Source of the DNA: Alphaproteobacteria bacterium
GTDB lineage: Bacteria; Pseudomonadota; Alphaproteobacteria; MPNO01
Assembly: GCA_964291675.2 (NCBI GenBank)
Contig: OZ219866.1
Coordinates: 736,001 to 800,000 of the forward strand
Direction: 5' to 3'
DNA length: 64,000 nucleotides
Below, one piece after another: positions 22,322 through 32,417 of this stretch. The first letter of the stretch is position 1; every line of letters begins with the position of its first letter. A program made the translations under genes and the position numbers. The notes beneath the pieces were generated by a model. That model was given only the letters and a program-made list of their open reading frames with translations. It searched no databases and was not told the origin of the DNA.

Positions 22322-22483
22322 CGCCGTCCCTCCGCCCCAAGGCTAGCCCGCATTTCGCGCCCGTGTCACGGCCTGCGTCGCGCCCGCCGCCGTTCGGTTC
22401 GGCCTTCGACGCGGACCGCACCCGGCTTTCCCCGTCCCAGGCGTCGAACCCGCGACCCGGGCGGCCGCATGCCTGTTGTACCG

Positions 22484-22512
22484 TTGCATTCCACCGCACC
22501 TCGTACTACGTT
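22484..22512 (+). promoter_or_regulatory. Sigma70 promoter of second higBA (leaderless)
   Basis: TTGCAT-N17-TACGTT ends 6 nt before GTG 22519. Confidence 0.55.
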
Positions 22513-22518
22513 CTTGCC

Positions 22519-22806
22519 GTGATCCGCTCTTGGCGCAACGCGGCCAGTAGAAGGGTCTGGGAAGGCCGCACGCCGAACCGCTTTCGGGGTCTGGATGCGG
22601 GCATGGCCGTCGACTTGCTGCTCGCGCTGAACGCCGCCGGCACGCTGCGCGACCTGAGCCCGCTCAGGAGCGTCGGGCTGCACAAGCTCAAGGGGAGCCG
22701 CGCGAATCAATGGGCGATGACCGTCGACGGTCCGTGGAGGATCTGCTTCGAATTCCGCGCCGGCGACGCCTACGAGGTCGAAATCGTCGACTACCACAAG
22801 GGATGA
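22519..22806 (+). CDS. higB: HigB family toxin
   Basis: MIRSWRN..LHKLKGSRANQWAMTVDGPWRICFEF..EVEIVDYH. Confidence 0.9.
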   Translation: MIRSWRNAASRRVWEGRTPNRFRGLDAGMAVDLLLALNAAGTLRDLSPLRSVGLHKLKGSRANQWAMTVDGPWRICFEFRAGDAYEVEIVDYHKG

Positions 22807-23099
22807 ACGCGATGCCGCCGATTTCCCACCCCGGCAAGCTGCTGAAGCGCGAGATCGAGGCCCGGGGGTTGAGCGCCAACCGGCTGGCGCTCGATCTCGG
22901 CGTCCCGTCGGGCCGGATCACCGACATACTCAACGGTCGCCGCTCGATTACGGCGGATACCGCGATCCGCCTCGGCCTCTATTTCGGCAACAGCCCCGCG
23001 TTCTGGACCGGCCTCCAGAGCCAGTACGACATCGCCCGCGTGCAGCGCGACCGCGGCAGCGAGATCGCCCGGCGCGTGCGCCCGGCGGACGCGGCGTGA
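22803..23099 (+). CDS. higA: HigA family antitoxin
   Basis: HPGKLLKREI..LSANRLALDLGVPSGRITDILNGRRSITADTAIRL..FWTGLQSQYD; ATGA overlap. Confidence 0.92.
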   Translation: MNAMPPISHPGKLLKREIEARGLSANRLALDLGVPSGRITDILNGRRSITADTAIRLGLYFGNSPAFWTGLQSQYDIARVQRDRGSEIARRVRPADAA

Positions 23100-23196
23100 T
23101 CGTCCCGCGCGCCATTGCGAACCGCGCCGCCACCGGTCGGGATCGTCCGGGCCGGCCACCCGCGGCGGCCCCGCTCACCGCGCTCAGCGGGGCGTT

Positions 23197-24405
23197 CTAC
23201 TCGTAGTCGGCGTGGGCGCGGGTCTTGCCGGCGCCGTCGTCGGCGATCATCGCCGGCGTCGCCACCCGGTCGGCCGGCGGGCCTTCGAGGCCGAAGAAGC
23301 GGCGCATGCGCTCGTAGACGATCTCGTGGCGCAGCGCCGGATCCAGGCCCCTGAACATCTCGTAGAAGATCGGCGAGGGGTCGGGCCAGGTGCCCTGCGG
23401 GTGCGGGTAGTCGGCGCCGAACACCAGGATGTCGCGCAGCACGTTGTCCGGATGCGTGATCGCCTGGGCGGCGATCGCGTCCTCCTCGAAGGTGACCAGG
23501 ACCTGGCGCCGGACATAGGCGCTCGGCAGCTCCTGGAGCCCGGTGTCGCGGAACAGGCCGGGGCGCTCCTCGGCCTGGCGGTCCATCCAGTAGACCAGGA
23601 AGGGCACCCACCCCGCCCGGCATTCGGCGAACAGCAGCTTGAGCCCGGGATGGCGCATCAGCGCGCCGCAATAGACCACGTCGGCGAGCGGGCGCGACAG
23701 CGAGAACGGCGCGCAGGAGAAATAGGCCATGCGCTCGCCGCGGCCCGCCGGCGGGATGGTCGTCTTGACGTGGCCGCCGATATGGCAGGCGCACACCATA
23801 CCGGACTCCTCGAAGGCGGCCCAGGCGGGCTCCCAGCAATCGTGGAACATGCCGTGCGGGCCGTCGAAGGGGACGAACTCGGCGGCCTTGCAGCCGAGCT
23901 TCGCGAGGCGCCGTATCTCGCCCGGCACCGAGGCCGGATCGAACACCGGCAGTATGGGGAGGATCATCAGCCGGTCCGGGTCGCGGGCGTTGAGCTCCAT
24001 CACCCAGTCGTTGTAGACGCGGTGCACCTCGTGACGCAGGGCCGCATCGTCGATGTCCCATTTGCGGGTGGAGCCGAACCCGACATAGCCGTAGACGCTG
24101 CCGTGGTCCATGTGCTCCAGCAGGAGCTCGGGGTCGGACGGGGGCAGGCTGCCGTCGGGGATGCGCGCGCCCGACCGGCCGAAGAACTGGTCGAGCAGGG
24201 CGCGGTTGTCCGGGCCGTCGGCGGTGCCGCCGTCGCGCCCGCCGGCGATCCTGCCCTCCCAGCTCCAGAGCAGCGCGCCGTCGCGCTCGACCACCCTGGG
24301 CGCGTGCTCGCGGAACTTCGCGGCCACCCGGTCCTGCCACAGCCGGGCCGGGATCCAGCGCTGGTCGAGGTGGTTGTCGGCCGAGTTGTACTTGTAGATC
24401 GTCAC
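23197..24405 (-). CDS. Amidohydrolase-2 family metal-dependent hydrolase/decarboxylase
   Basis: SADNHL, YNDW, CHIG, FAECRAGW and FGADYPH motifs; GTG start overlaps permease stop. Confidence 0.85.
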   Translation of the reverse strand: MTIYKYNSADNHLDQRWIPARLWQDRVAAKFREHAPRVVERDGALLWSWEGRIAGGRDGGTADGPDNRALLDQFFGRSGARIPDGSLPPSDPELLLEHMDHGSVYGYVGFGSTRKWDIDDAALRHEVHRVYNDWVMELNARDPDRLMILPILPVFDPASVPGEIRRLAKLGCKAAEFVPFDGPHGMFHDCWEPAWAAFEESGMVCACHIGGHVKTTIPPAGRGERMAYFSCAPFSLSRPLADVVYCGALMRHPGLKLLFAECRAGWVPFLVYWMDRQAEERPGLFRDTGLQELPSAYVRRQVLVTFEEDAIAAQAITHPDNVLRDILVFGADYPHPQGTWPDPSPIFYEMFRGLDPALRHEIVYERMRRFFGLEGPPADRVATPAMIADDGAGKTRAHADYE

Positions 24406-26372
24406 GGGACCGCCCTCCTCCGGCGCGCGAGATAGTCCTTGCCGACGATCAGCCCGCCGAGCGCGAGCCCGGCGACGTTGAGCCACAGCCCGTAGGCGAT
24501 CGCATGCGCCGGCAACAGCAGCAGGATTCCGGCGGCGAAGACGAGCAGCCGCTCCGCCGCGCCGAGGCGCGAGAACATGAAGCCGATCAGCCCGCAGGAG
24601 GCGATCCAGACGCCGATCATCGCGGTCGCCGCGGCGGACACGATCTCAAGCGCCGTGCCCTGGCCGATCAGCGCCGGCGACAGCACGAACACGAAGGGGA
24701 TGACATAGGCGATCCAGCCGAGGCGCACCGCCGTCGCCCCGGTCTCCATCGGCCGGGCGCCCGATAGCGACGCCGCCGCGAAGGCGGCGATCGCCACCGG
24801 CGGGGTGATCATCGACATCAGCCCGAAATAGAGCACGAACATGTGGGCGGCGATCGGGTGGATGCCGAGCTTGATCAGCGACGGCGCGATCATCGTCGCC
24901 AGCAGCAGGTAGATCGCCGAGGTCGGCATCCCCATGCCGAGCAGGATCGAGACGATCGCGGTCAGCACCAGCAGCAGGAACAGGCTGTCCTCGCCGACCG
25001 CGGCGAGGATCAGGGTCAGCGCCTGGCCCAGCCCGGTGCGGTCGAGGATGGCGATTATGATGCCGGCCATGGCGCCGATGACCACGATGTCGGCCGAGGC
25101 GCGGCCGCAATCGGCGATCGAGTCCCAGAGCTGCCGCGGCCTGATCCGGCGCCGCTTGTAGCCGAAGACGATGCTGACCGCCGCCACCGAGATCGCCGCC
25201 CAGAACGCCGCCTCCTGGGCCGGCAGGTTGAGGGTGAACAGCGCGTAGACCAGCACCGCGTAGGGCAGGGTGAAGAACCAGCCCTCCCCGAGCACCCGGA
25301 GGATCGGCGGGATGCGCTCCTTGGGCATCGGCGCGATGTCGTTCTTCGCCGCCTCGAGGTCGACCTGCACGAACACCGCGAGGTAGTAGAGGATCGAGGG
25401 GATCAGCGCGGCGAGGATGATCTCGGTGTATTCGAGCTCCAGCAGCTCGGCCATCAGGAAAGCGGCCGCGCCCATGATCGGCGGCATGATCTGCCCGCCG
25501 GTCGAGGCCACCGCCTCGATGGCGCCGGCGCTCTTGCGGTCGTAGCCCGCCTGGCGCATCAGCGGGATGGTGATCACCCCGGTCGAGGCGACGTTGGAGA
25601 CCGCCGAGCCCGAGATCGAGCCGAACAGCCCCGAGGCGACGACGGCGATCTTGGCCGAGCCGCCGCGCGAGCGCCCCATGACGGCGGCGGCGAGGTCGGT
25701 GAACCACTCCGAGGCGCCGGTGTGCAGCAGCAGCTGGCCCATCCAGATGAACAGCACCACGGTGAGCACGATGATCTTGAGCGGCAGGCCCAGAAGGGCG
25801 ACGTTGGTGACGCCGAGCTCGGCGATCATCCGGTAGCCGTCCTGCTCGTAGCCCTTGAGCATGCCGGGGGCGAGATGGCCGACGAAGGCGTAGGCGATGA
25901 AGACCGAGAGCACCGCGGTCAGGCTCCACCCCGCGGTGCGCCTGAGCGCCTCCCACATCAGCGGCAGCAGCACGGCGCTGATCCAGAACATCGTGCCGCG
26001 CATGGCGAACGGGTTGAGCTCGATGTCGCCATAGATCCATATGAGGTAGGCCGACGCAGCGACGCCGATGACCGCGCACGCCGCGTCGTACCACGGCACC
26101 GACGGCCGGTCGCGCCCGCCGGCGAACGGGAAGCGGATGAACACGATGGCGAGCGTCAGCCCGAAACAGGCGACCAGCGCCTGCTCGTCGAACCACTGGA
26201 AGCCGAGGGCGAGCCACAGCTCGATCGCCCAGCTCAGCGCGATCAGGGTGATGGCCGCGCCGAGAACCCGGGTCGAAGCCGTGACGAAGCGCCCCTCGCG
26301 GCGCTCGGCGAGGAGCTGCGCCCCGCGGTCCCTGCGGCGGCCGCCATCCGCCCCGGTCGACTGTTCGGCCAT
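24402..26372 (-). CDS. TRAP transporter fused 4TM/12TM permease
   Basis: GGSAKIAVVAS..GSAVSNVASTG, EAVASTGGQIMPPIMGAAAF and ITPPVA. Confidence 0.93.
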   Translation of the reverse strand: MAEQSTGADGGRRRDRGAQLLAERREGRFVTASTRVLGAAITLIALSWAIELWLALGFQWFDEQALVACFGLTLAIVFIRFPFAGGRDRPSVPWYDAACAVIGVAASAYLIWIYGDIELNPFAMRGTMFWISAVLLPLMWEALRRTAGWSLTAVLSVFIAYAFVGHLAPGMLKGYEQDGYRMIAELGVTNVALLGLPLKIIVLTVVLFIWMGQLLLHTGASEWFTDLAAAVMGRSRGGSAKIAVVASGLFGSISGSAVSNVASTGVITIPLMRQAGYDRKSAGAIEAVASTGGQIMPPIMGAAAFLMAELLELEYTEIILAALIPSILYYLAVFVQVDLEAAKNDIAPMPKERIPPILRVLGEGWFFTLPYAVLVYALFTLNLPAQEAAFWAAISVAAVSIVFGYKRRRIRPRQLWDSIADCGRASADIVVIGAMAGIIIAILDRTGLGQALTLILAAVGEDSLFLLLVLTAIVSILLGMGMPTSAIYLLLATMIAPSLIKLGIHPIAAHMFVLYFGLMSMITPPVAIAAFAAASLSGARPMETGATAVRLGWIAYVIPFVFVLSPALIGQGTALEIVSAAATAMIGVWIASCGLIGFMFSRLGAAERLLVFAAGILLLLPAHAIAYGLWLNVAGLALGGLIVGKDYLARRRRAVP

Positions 26373-26392
26373 TTGAACCCTGCCGCCGGACG

Positions 26393-26423
26393 GAAGCCCG
26401 CGCCCCGGGCCGGACGCGGGCTT
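26393..26423 (-). terminator. GC-rich intergenic hairpin between TAXI receptor and permease (mRNA stabiliser/attenuator)
   Basis: GAAGCCCGCG...CGCGGGCTTC perfect 10-bp inverted repeat; no clear U tract. Confidence 0.4.
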
Positions 26424-26451
26424 CTCCGTTGCCGCTACGCCGCCTGCCGGG

Positions 26452-27417
26452 CTAGCCGGCGGGCCACAGCCCGGCTTCCTTGTAGTACTTCACCGCAGCC
26501 GGGTGGTAGGGGTAGCCGTGCTGCTTGGCGAGGCGCTTGTCGGCGCTGAAGGAACGCCACAGCGGCCCGCCTTCCTTGAGCTGCTTCTCCTGGGTGTGCA
26601 TCACCTTGGCGACCTTGTAGACGACGTCGTCCGACATGCCCTTGTGGGTCCACAGCAGGAAGTCGTAGGTCACGAACACCGTGGGCTCGACCACCCCGGT
26701 CAGCCCCTTGGCCGGCTCGACGACGCTCCATTCGCTCTTCGGGAACCACTTGTGCATCGCCTTGAGCGCTTCGGGCGTGTTCGGGTAGGAGATATGCCTG
26801 ACCCCGCCGTCGATCTTGGCATCCATCTGCTTGACCCAGCCGGTGCCGGCCGCGGCGATCGCCCAGTCGATCTTGCCCGCGATGAAGGCGCGCCAGTGCT
26901 GCACCAGCCCGACCTGGGGCACCGGCTTGATGTCGTCGAGGGTGAGCCCGACGGTCCCCAGCGATCCGTTGAACATGTACGCGAAGAGCGGCGCGCCCTT
27001 GAAGCCGACCGGCATGCGCTTGCCCTTGAGCTGGGCGATCGAGGTGACGCCCGATTTCTTCGTGACCACCGCGCTCACGGTGAACTTCATGATCGTCGAG
27101 ACCAGGCGGAGGTTGTCGTACTTGTTGCCCTGCGACAGCCCGGTGCCCTCGAAGGCCATGGAGAACTGCGGGATGTTGGAGATCCCGAATTCCAGCTCGC
27201 CCGCATTGACCACGGGGATGTATTGCTGGGTGCCGCCCATGGTCTGCTTGCGCATCTGGACGCCCGGCGCGTGCTCGGAAACCGCCTTCGAGATGGTCGC
27301 GGTGATCTGCGAGACCGCGCCCGCCTTGGTGGCGCCGATGCCGACCGTCTGCGCCGATGCGGCGCCCGCCAGCGCCCCGGCGGCGAGCGTGGCCAAAGCT
27401 GCTTGAATCCAACGCAT
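26452..27417 (-). CDS. TAXI family TRAP solute-binding protein
   Basis: Signal peptide MRWIQAALATLAAG..ASA, SIAQLKGKR and PYHPAAVKYYKEAGL C-terminus. Confidence 0.9.
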   Translation of the reverse strand: MRWIQAALATLAAGALAGAASAQTVGIGATKAGAVSQITATISKAVSEHAPGVQMRKQTMGGTQQYIPVVNAGELEFGISNIPQFSMAFEGTGLSQGNKYDNLRLVSTIMKFTVSAVVTKKSGVTSIAQLKGKRMPVGFKGAPLFAYMFNGSLGTVGLTLDDIKPVPQVGLVQHWRAFIAGKIDWAIAAAGTGWVKQMDAKIDGGVRHISYPNTPEALKAMHKWFPKSEWSVVEPAKGLTGVVEPTVFVTYDFLLWTHKGMSDDVVYKVAKVMHTQEKQLKEGGPLWRSFSADKRLAKQHGYPYHPAAVKYYKEAGLWPAG

Positions 27418-27528
27418 GATGTCGCTCCCGTCAGTGTTCTCCGGATGGTCCGCGCGATCATAGCCATGCGCCCCTTTGGAACAACCCGCGCGTCTGGTGT
27501 AGGCTGGCGCGGCAACCGGGAGGCGGAC

Positions 27529-28359
27529 ATGGACGGCCATCGCGGCGCGCCTTGGCGGACCATCGAGGTCAGCCCCTACAGCCCCCATGTCGGCGCCGAG
27601 ATCGGCGGCATCGACCTCACCCGGCCGCTCGACGCCGAGCAGCTCGCCGAGCTCCGCCGCGCCTTCACCGAGCACCTGGTGCTGTTTTTCCGCGACCAGG
27701 AGATCGGCTTCGACGACCATGCGAGGCTGGCCGAATATTTCGGCACCATCGGGCATCATGTCGGCGTCAGGACCCACAGCCAGCCCTCCGAGGACGACCG
27801 GGTACGCCGCTTCCATTTCGATGCGCGATCGACCCGGGTCTCGGGCGACGTGTGGCATACCGACCAGTCCTGCGCGCCGGTGCCGCCGCTCGCCAGCATC
27901 CTCTACAACCACACGCTGCCGCCCGACGGCGGCGGCGACACGCTGTTCGCCAGCATGTACGCCGCCTACGACGCGCTGTCGGACCGCATGAAGACCTGTC
28001 TCGACGGGCTGACGGCGCTGCATGACGGGGTTCCGGTGTTCGGCGAGGGCACGCCGCGCGCGACCCATCCGGTGGTCGCGCGCCACCCCGACAGCGGCCG
28101 CAAGCTGCTCTATGTCAACCAGGCCTTCACCGTCCGGATCAACGAGATTCCGCCGGCCGAGAGCAAACACCTGCTCGCCTTCCTGGTCGAGCACTGCACC
28201 CAGCCCGAATGGACCTGCCGGTTCCGCTGGCGGCCGCACTCGATCGCCATGTGGGACAACCGCTGCGCCCAGCACCGCGCGATCTCCGACTACCTGCCGA
28301 ACGTGCGCTCCGGCTACCGGGTGCAGATCGACGGCATCGCGGCGCCGGTGGCGGGGTAG
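27529..28359 (+). CDS. TauD/TfdA family Fe(II)/2-oxoglutarate dioxygenase
   Basis: GAEIGGIDL, WHTD (HxD), GGDTLFASMYAAYDAL and WDNRCAQHRA; GGAGG SD. Confidence 0.92.
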   Translation: MDGHRGAPWRTIEVSPYSPHVGAEIGGIDLTRPLDAEQLAELRRAFTEHLVLFFRDQEIGFDDHARLAEYFGTIGHHVGVRTHSQPSEDDRVRRFHFDARSTRVSGDVWHTDQSCAPVPPLASILYNHTLPPDGGGDTLFASMYAAYDALSDRMKTCLDGLTALHDGVPVFGEGTPRATHPVVARHPDSGRKLLYVNQAFTVRINEIPPAESKHLLAFLVEHCTQPEWTCRFRWRPHSIAMWDNRCAQHRAISDYLPNVRSGYRVQIDGIAAPVAG

Positions 28360-28417
28360 GGGGGTCAGAGGGGTTTCTGAACGGTCTCCGGGATCGGCTC
28401 TATACGTTGGGGACAAG

Positions 28418-28735
28418 ATGATCCACGCACCCACCGACCGGATTGCGACCCATCCGGGTGCTCTGCTCCTGGAGCAGATCAGGGAGATGGGGCTCAGCGT
28501 CCACCGGGTTGCGCGCGACAGCGGCCTTCCCGCAACCCGGCTGCACGAGATCGTGCACGAACGGCGCGGCGTGAGCGCCGAGACGGCCATCGCGCTCGGT
28601 GCCTATTTCGGGCAGACCCCGGAATTCTGGATCGATGCGCAAAAGGTCCATGAGTTGTCGAAAGCCATTGTCGAGAAAGGAGAATCCATTCGCGCCCGGG
28701 TCCGGCCCTGTGAGGGAGACCGGGCAACGACATAG
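28418..28735 (+). CDS. higA: Orphan HigA family antitoxin
   Basis: THPGALL..LSVHRVARDSGLPATRLHEIVHERRGVSAETAIALGAYFGQTPEFW; no toxin ORF upstream. Confidence 0.85.
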   Translation: MIHAPTDRIATHPGALLLEQIREMGLSVHRVARDSGLPATRLHEIVHERRGVSAETAIALGAYFGQTPEFWIDAQKVHELSKAIVEKGESIRARVRPCEGDRATT

Positions 28736-28763
28736 CGCGAATGGCGCCAGACCCTCGTCGCTG

Positions 28764-29771
28764 CTACCCCCGCGCCACCGCCTGCGGCAGCGGCAGCCTC
28801 AGCCCCGCGCCGATGTCGAGCGCCTTGCGATAGACGTGATGCGCGACGCCGATGTCGTGGCTGACCAGGCCCACGGTGTGGATCAGGTTGCGCTCGTCCG
28901 GGCGCGCGCGGCCGGAGGCCTCGCCCGCCACCAGATCGGCGATCTCGCCGTGCATGGTCTCGCGCGAGAACAGCCCGTCGGCGACGGTCTTGCGGAACTC
29001 GGGCGTCAGCATGTTGATGTCGAAATCGTCGACCACGATCTTGTCCATCGCCGGCCAGCCCGCCGGGTCGAGCTCGCGCCGGGCGAGCGAGACGAAGGTG
29101 GCGCCGGGCTTGAGCCATTCGGCGCGGCTCACGATGTCCCTGGACGTGGTGCCGCCGACCGCGATGTCGGCGCCGCGCACCGCCTCCTCGATCGAGGCGG
29201 TCGGGATGACCGGGATTCCGAGCGCCGCCGACCACTTGTCGGCGAACGCCTCGCGGGTCTCCTTCCGGCGCGAGGTGCAGCGGATCTCCGCGAAATCGTA
29301 CATCCCGGCGAGGCATTGCAGCGCGGTCGTCCCCATCGTGCCGACGCCGACGAGGCCGAGCACGCTGGCATCCGCGTTCGCCATCCACTTGCAGGCGAGG
29401 CAGGCCGCCGCGGTCGAGCGGATGGCGTAGGTCCAGTGCTCCTCGACGATGGCGAGCGCGACCGAGGTGACGGGATCGGAGAGCACGATGTAGCGGGTGG
29501 CGTCCAGGGTGCCGACGGTCGAGCGCTCGGCATCCTCGTAATAGGCGTAGAGCCTCACGCCCGAGACCGGGATTTCGGACAGGAGCGCGCCCTTGACGTG
29601 CCAGTGGTGATGGAAGCGGTCGTCGTCGAGCCGGAAAGCGGGCGGGTCGGTCCAGCTCACCGTGCCGTCGGCATGCATGCGGTAGACGTCCTCGCACACC
29701 GCCATCGCCTCGGCCGGGCTCAGCAGGTCGAGGGTTTCGGCATGCGACAGGAACAGGAGCTCGTCGTTCAT
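28764..29771 (-). CDS. Ornithine cyclodeaminase/mu-crystallin family protein
   Basis: YAIRSTAAA, GLVGVGTMG Rossmann motif, EAVRGADI, WLKPG and VGLVSHDI; ATGA overlap with hyuB-like gene. Confidence 0.88.
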   Translation of the reverse strand: MNDELLFLSHAETLDLLSPAEAMAVCEDVYRMHADGTVSWTDPPAFRLDDDRFHHHWHVKGALLSEIPVSGVRLYAYYEDAERSTVGTLDATRYIVLSDPVTSVALAIVEEHWTYAIRSTAAACLACKWMANADASVLGLVGVGTMGTTALQCLAGMYDFAEIRCTSRRKETREAFADKWSAALGIPVIPTASIEEAVRGADIAVGGTTSRDIVSRAEWLKPGATFVSLARRELDPAGWPAMDKIVVDDFDINMLTPEFRKTVADGLFSRETMHGEIADLVAGEASGRARPDERNLIHTVGLVSHDIGVAHHVYRKALDIGAGLRLPLPQAVARG

Positions 29772-31546
29772 CGCGTCTCTCCCTCCGCGCTCGCCAGCGT
29801 CGCCATCGCCGCGCGCACCCGCTCGGTCGCCGCCGCGTCGAGCCGCATCGTGGCGGGGTCGATGACCACGCCGTAGAGGGCGCGCGCCGAGGCGAGCGAG
29901 ACATAGCCCTGGCGCACATCGTCCAGCACCGTCCCCGCCGGGCGTTCGAGCGGCGAGCCGAACCCGCCGCCGCCGCCCGAGTTCACGATGAAGGCATCGC
30001 CCGTCTCGATCCGTTTCCAGAACAGCTTGGCGTTGGGGAATTCCGGCCCGGCCTCGCCGTTCACCCGGAGCCCGACGCGGTTGCCGCGCCCGGCGCGTCC
30101 GCCCTCCAGCCCCCAGGGCTCGCAGTTGGCGCGATCGGCCTGGCTGTTGAAGTTGAGCGGCGAGCGCGCCTGCACCACGTATTCGATGCCGAGCCCGCCG
30201 CGATGGCGCCCCGCCCCGCCGGAATCGGGGATCAGCGCGTGACGCTCGATGACGATCGGGTAGTTGACTTCCATCAGCTCGGAGGGGCTGTTGTGGGTGT
30301 CGCCGTCGTTGAGGCAGACGGTGGCCGGCATGCCGTCCTCGTTGTGCTTGGCGCCCCAGCCGCCGCCGGTCGGCCCGATGGCACCGATGAACAGCGTGTT
30401 GGCGCGCGGGTCGATGCCGTTCATCCGCCCCATCACCAGATCGGCGTGGTGGCCGGCGGCGACGCGCTCGGGGATGGCCGGCGCGAGCGCCTTGAACACC
30501 GCGTCCACGATGGTCATCGGGAAGGTCATCCAGCTCCGCATCGCGGCCGGGCGCTCGGCGCTGACGATCCGCCCCGGCGGGATCACCGTCTTCAGCGGGC
30601 GGAAGCTGCCGTCGTTGATCGGGTAGTCGACAGGCGAGGTGATGCACTTGAAGGCGACCTGGGAGCAGGCATAGGCGGTGGTGATGCCCGAGTTGTAGAA
30701 CCCCTTCACCTGGCGCGAGACGTCGCTCAGGTCGATGGTCATCTCCTCGCCCGCGACGGTGACGCGGACGACGATCGGGACCTCCTTGCCGATGTCGATC
30801 CCGTCGTCGTCCATGAACGCCTCGGCCTCGTACACCCCGTCGGGGATCGAGCGCGTGCGTTCGCGCGCCGCCCGCTCCGACCGGTCCATGATGCGGCCGA
30901 GCGCGCCCAGTACCGCGCCCCTGCCGTAGCGCTCGATCAGGGCGAGAAAGCCGCGCTCGCCGGTGCGTACCGCGGTGAGCTGGGCGCGGAGGTCGCCGAG
31001 CGCGCGCTCCGGCATGCGGACGTTCATTGCGATGATGTCGACTAGGTCGCGGTTGAGCTCGCCCGCGCGCTGCAGCTTGAGGATCGGGACCTGCAACCCC
31101 TCGGCGTAGATGTCGGTGGTGATGCCCTGCAGCGTGCCGCCGATATCGAGCCAATGCGCCATGCAGCAGGAGAACCCGACGAGTGCGCCCTCGTGGTAGA
31201 CCGGCAGGCTCAGGGTGATGTGGTTGAGGTGGCTGCCGGTGACGTAGGCGTCGTTGGTGACCAGGATGTCGCCGGGCTCGATCCCGTCGACCCCGAAATG
31301 TTCCAGCTTGGCCTTCAGCGTCTCGGCCATGCCGCGGATGAACATCGGCAGGCCGAGCCCGATGGAGACCGTCTCGCCCTCGGCGGTGAACAGCCCGACG
31401 GTGAAGTCGAGCGCCTCGTAGATGATCATGTTGTAGGCGGTGCGCATGAGGTTGGTCTTCATCTCCTCGGTCACCGCCATGACCCCGTTGCGGACCAGCT
31501 CGGTGGTCACCGGGTCGGCCCGGATATCTGCGCCGTTCTCCGCCAT
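29768..31546 (-). CDS. Hydantoinase B/oxoprolinase family protein
   Basis: DPVTTELVRN..EEM..LMRTAY, PGDILVTNDAY..GSHLNH, AHWLDIGG, DSGGAGRHRGG and SGGGGGFG. Confidence 0.92.
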   Translation of the reverse strand: MAENGADIRADPVTTELVRNGVMAVTEEMKTNLMRTAYNMIIYEALDFTVGLFTAEGETVSIGLGLPMFIRGMAETLKAKLEHFGVDGIEPGDILVTNDAYVTGSHLNHITLSLPVYHEGALVGFSCCMAHWLDIGGTLQGITTDIYAEGLQVPILKLQRAGELNRDLVDIIAMNVRMPERALGDLRAQLTAVRTGERGFLALIERYGRGAVLGALGRIMDRSERAARERTRSIPDGVYEAEAFMDDDGIDIGKEVPIVVRVTVAGEEMTIDLSDVSRQVKGFYNSGITTAYACSQVAFKCITSPVDYPINDGSFRPLKTVIPPGRIVSAERPAAMRSWMTFPMTIVDAVFKALAPAIPERVAAGHHADLVMGRMNGIDPRANTLFIGAIGPTGGGWGAKHNEDGMPATVCLNDGDTHNSPSELMEVNYPIVIERHALIPDSGGAGRHRGGLGIEYVVQARSPLNFNSQADRANCEPWGLEGGRAGRGNRVGLRVNGEAGPEFPNAKLFWKRIETGDAFIVNSGGGGGFGSPLERPAGTVLDDVRQGYVSLASARALYGVVIDPATMRLDAAATERVRAAMATLASAEGETR

Positions 31547-31552
31547 GCCGCG

Positions 31553-31581
31553 ACAATAGCCCGCGTTGCCCAGCCCCTCAA
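31553..31581 (-). promoter_or_regulatory. Sigma70 promoter of hyuB-like gene (leaderless)
   Basis: TTGAGG-N17-TATTGT ends 6 nt before ATG 31546. Confidence 0.5.
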
Positions 31582-31646
31582 TTTCCCGCCAGCCCGGCCT
31601 CGAACCGCATGGTCCCCGCTCCCGCCCGCTGCGGACCGCCTCCCGG

Positions 31647-31690
31647 TTGCGAGTCTCCCGCCACGTCGATATATATCATTGATAGATAAC
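31647..31690 (+). promoter_or_regulatory. vapBC promoter/operator
   Basis: TTGCGA-N17-TATATA overlapped by imperfect inverted repeat ATATATC-ATT-GATAGAT. Confidence 0.55.
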
Positions 31691-31709
31691 GACACGGAGG
31701 GCGCCGGCA

Positions 31710-31961
31710 ATGACCAAGACCGCCAAGCTGTTCTGGAACGGGAGATCCCAGGCCGTGCGGCTCCCCAAGGAATTCCGCATGCCGGGCAAGGAGGTCCGGA
31801 TCCGCCGCCAGGGCGCGGCGGTCGTGCTCGAGCCGATCTCGGACGGCTGGGAGTGGCTCGATGAAATCCAGGGCAAGTTCTCCGACGATTTCTTCGCCGA
31901 AGGCCGCAACCAGCCACCGATGCCGCCGCCGCGGCCCGGCCTCGACGACGCCTTCGAATGA
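31710..31961 (+). CDS. vapB: VapB antitoxin (AbrB/SpoVT fold)
   Basis: TAKLFWNGRSQAVRLPKEFR signature. Confidence 0.93.
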   Translation: MTKTAKLFWNGRSQAVRLPKEFRMPGKEVRIRRQGAAVVLEPISDGWEWLDEIQGKFSDDFFAEGRNQPPMPPPRPGLDDAFE

Positions 31962-32371
31962 TGCGCTACCTGCTGGACACCAATGCCTGCGTCGCGCTCC
32001 TCAACGCCAGCTCACGCAGCCTGTCCGCGCGGGCGCGGCGCCACGGTGCGGAACAGATCGGGCTCCCCGCCCCGGTGGCGTTCGAGCTCTACTACGGCGC
32101 CTTCAAGAGCCGCGAGGGGAGCCGGAACCTCGGCCATCTCGACCGGATGGCGTTCGAGATCGTCCCCTTCGACGCGGCCGACGCGCGCGCGGCCGGCGTG
32201 ATCCGCCGCGATCTCGAGGCCAGCGGGATGCCGATCGGCCCCTATGACGTGCTGATCGCCGGCCAGGCCCGGGCGCGGAATTTGGTGCTGGTCACCGCCA
32301 ATACGCGCGAATTCGAGCGGGTGGACGGGTTGAAGCTCGAGGATTGGTCGACTCCCATGCCGGATGGTTGA
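31958..32371 (+). CDS. vapC: VapC PIN-domain toxin
   Basis: YLLDTNAC, ELYYGA, IGPYDVLIAGQA and LVTANTREFERVDGL. Confidence 0.93.
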   Translation: MMRYLLDTNACVALLNASSRSLSARARRHGAEQIGLPAPVAFELYYGAFKSREGSRNLGHLDRMAFEIVPFDAADARAAGVIRRDLEASGMPIGPYDVLIAGQARARNLVLVTANTREFERVDGLKLEDWSTPMPDG

Positions 32372-32417
32372 TCGGCCGTACCCCCGGTCAATTCGACGGG
32401 GGGCGCCAACTTGCCGG

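Noticed and set aside
26452-28590. 712-aa TAXI fusion, 930-aa OCD, 993-aa MidA and similar N-terminally extended ORFs
   Set aside because: Extensions are read-through of antisense or overlapping genes; true starts have SDs and signal peptides downstream.
32381-32403. Hairpin after vapC as an intrinsic terminator or sRNA
   Set aside because: Imperfect stem with no U tract; not enough support.
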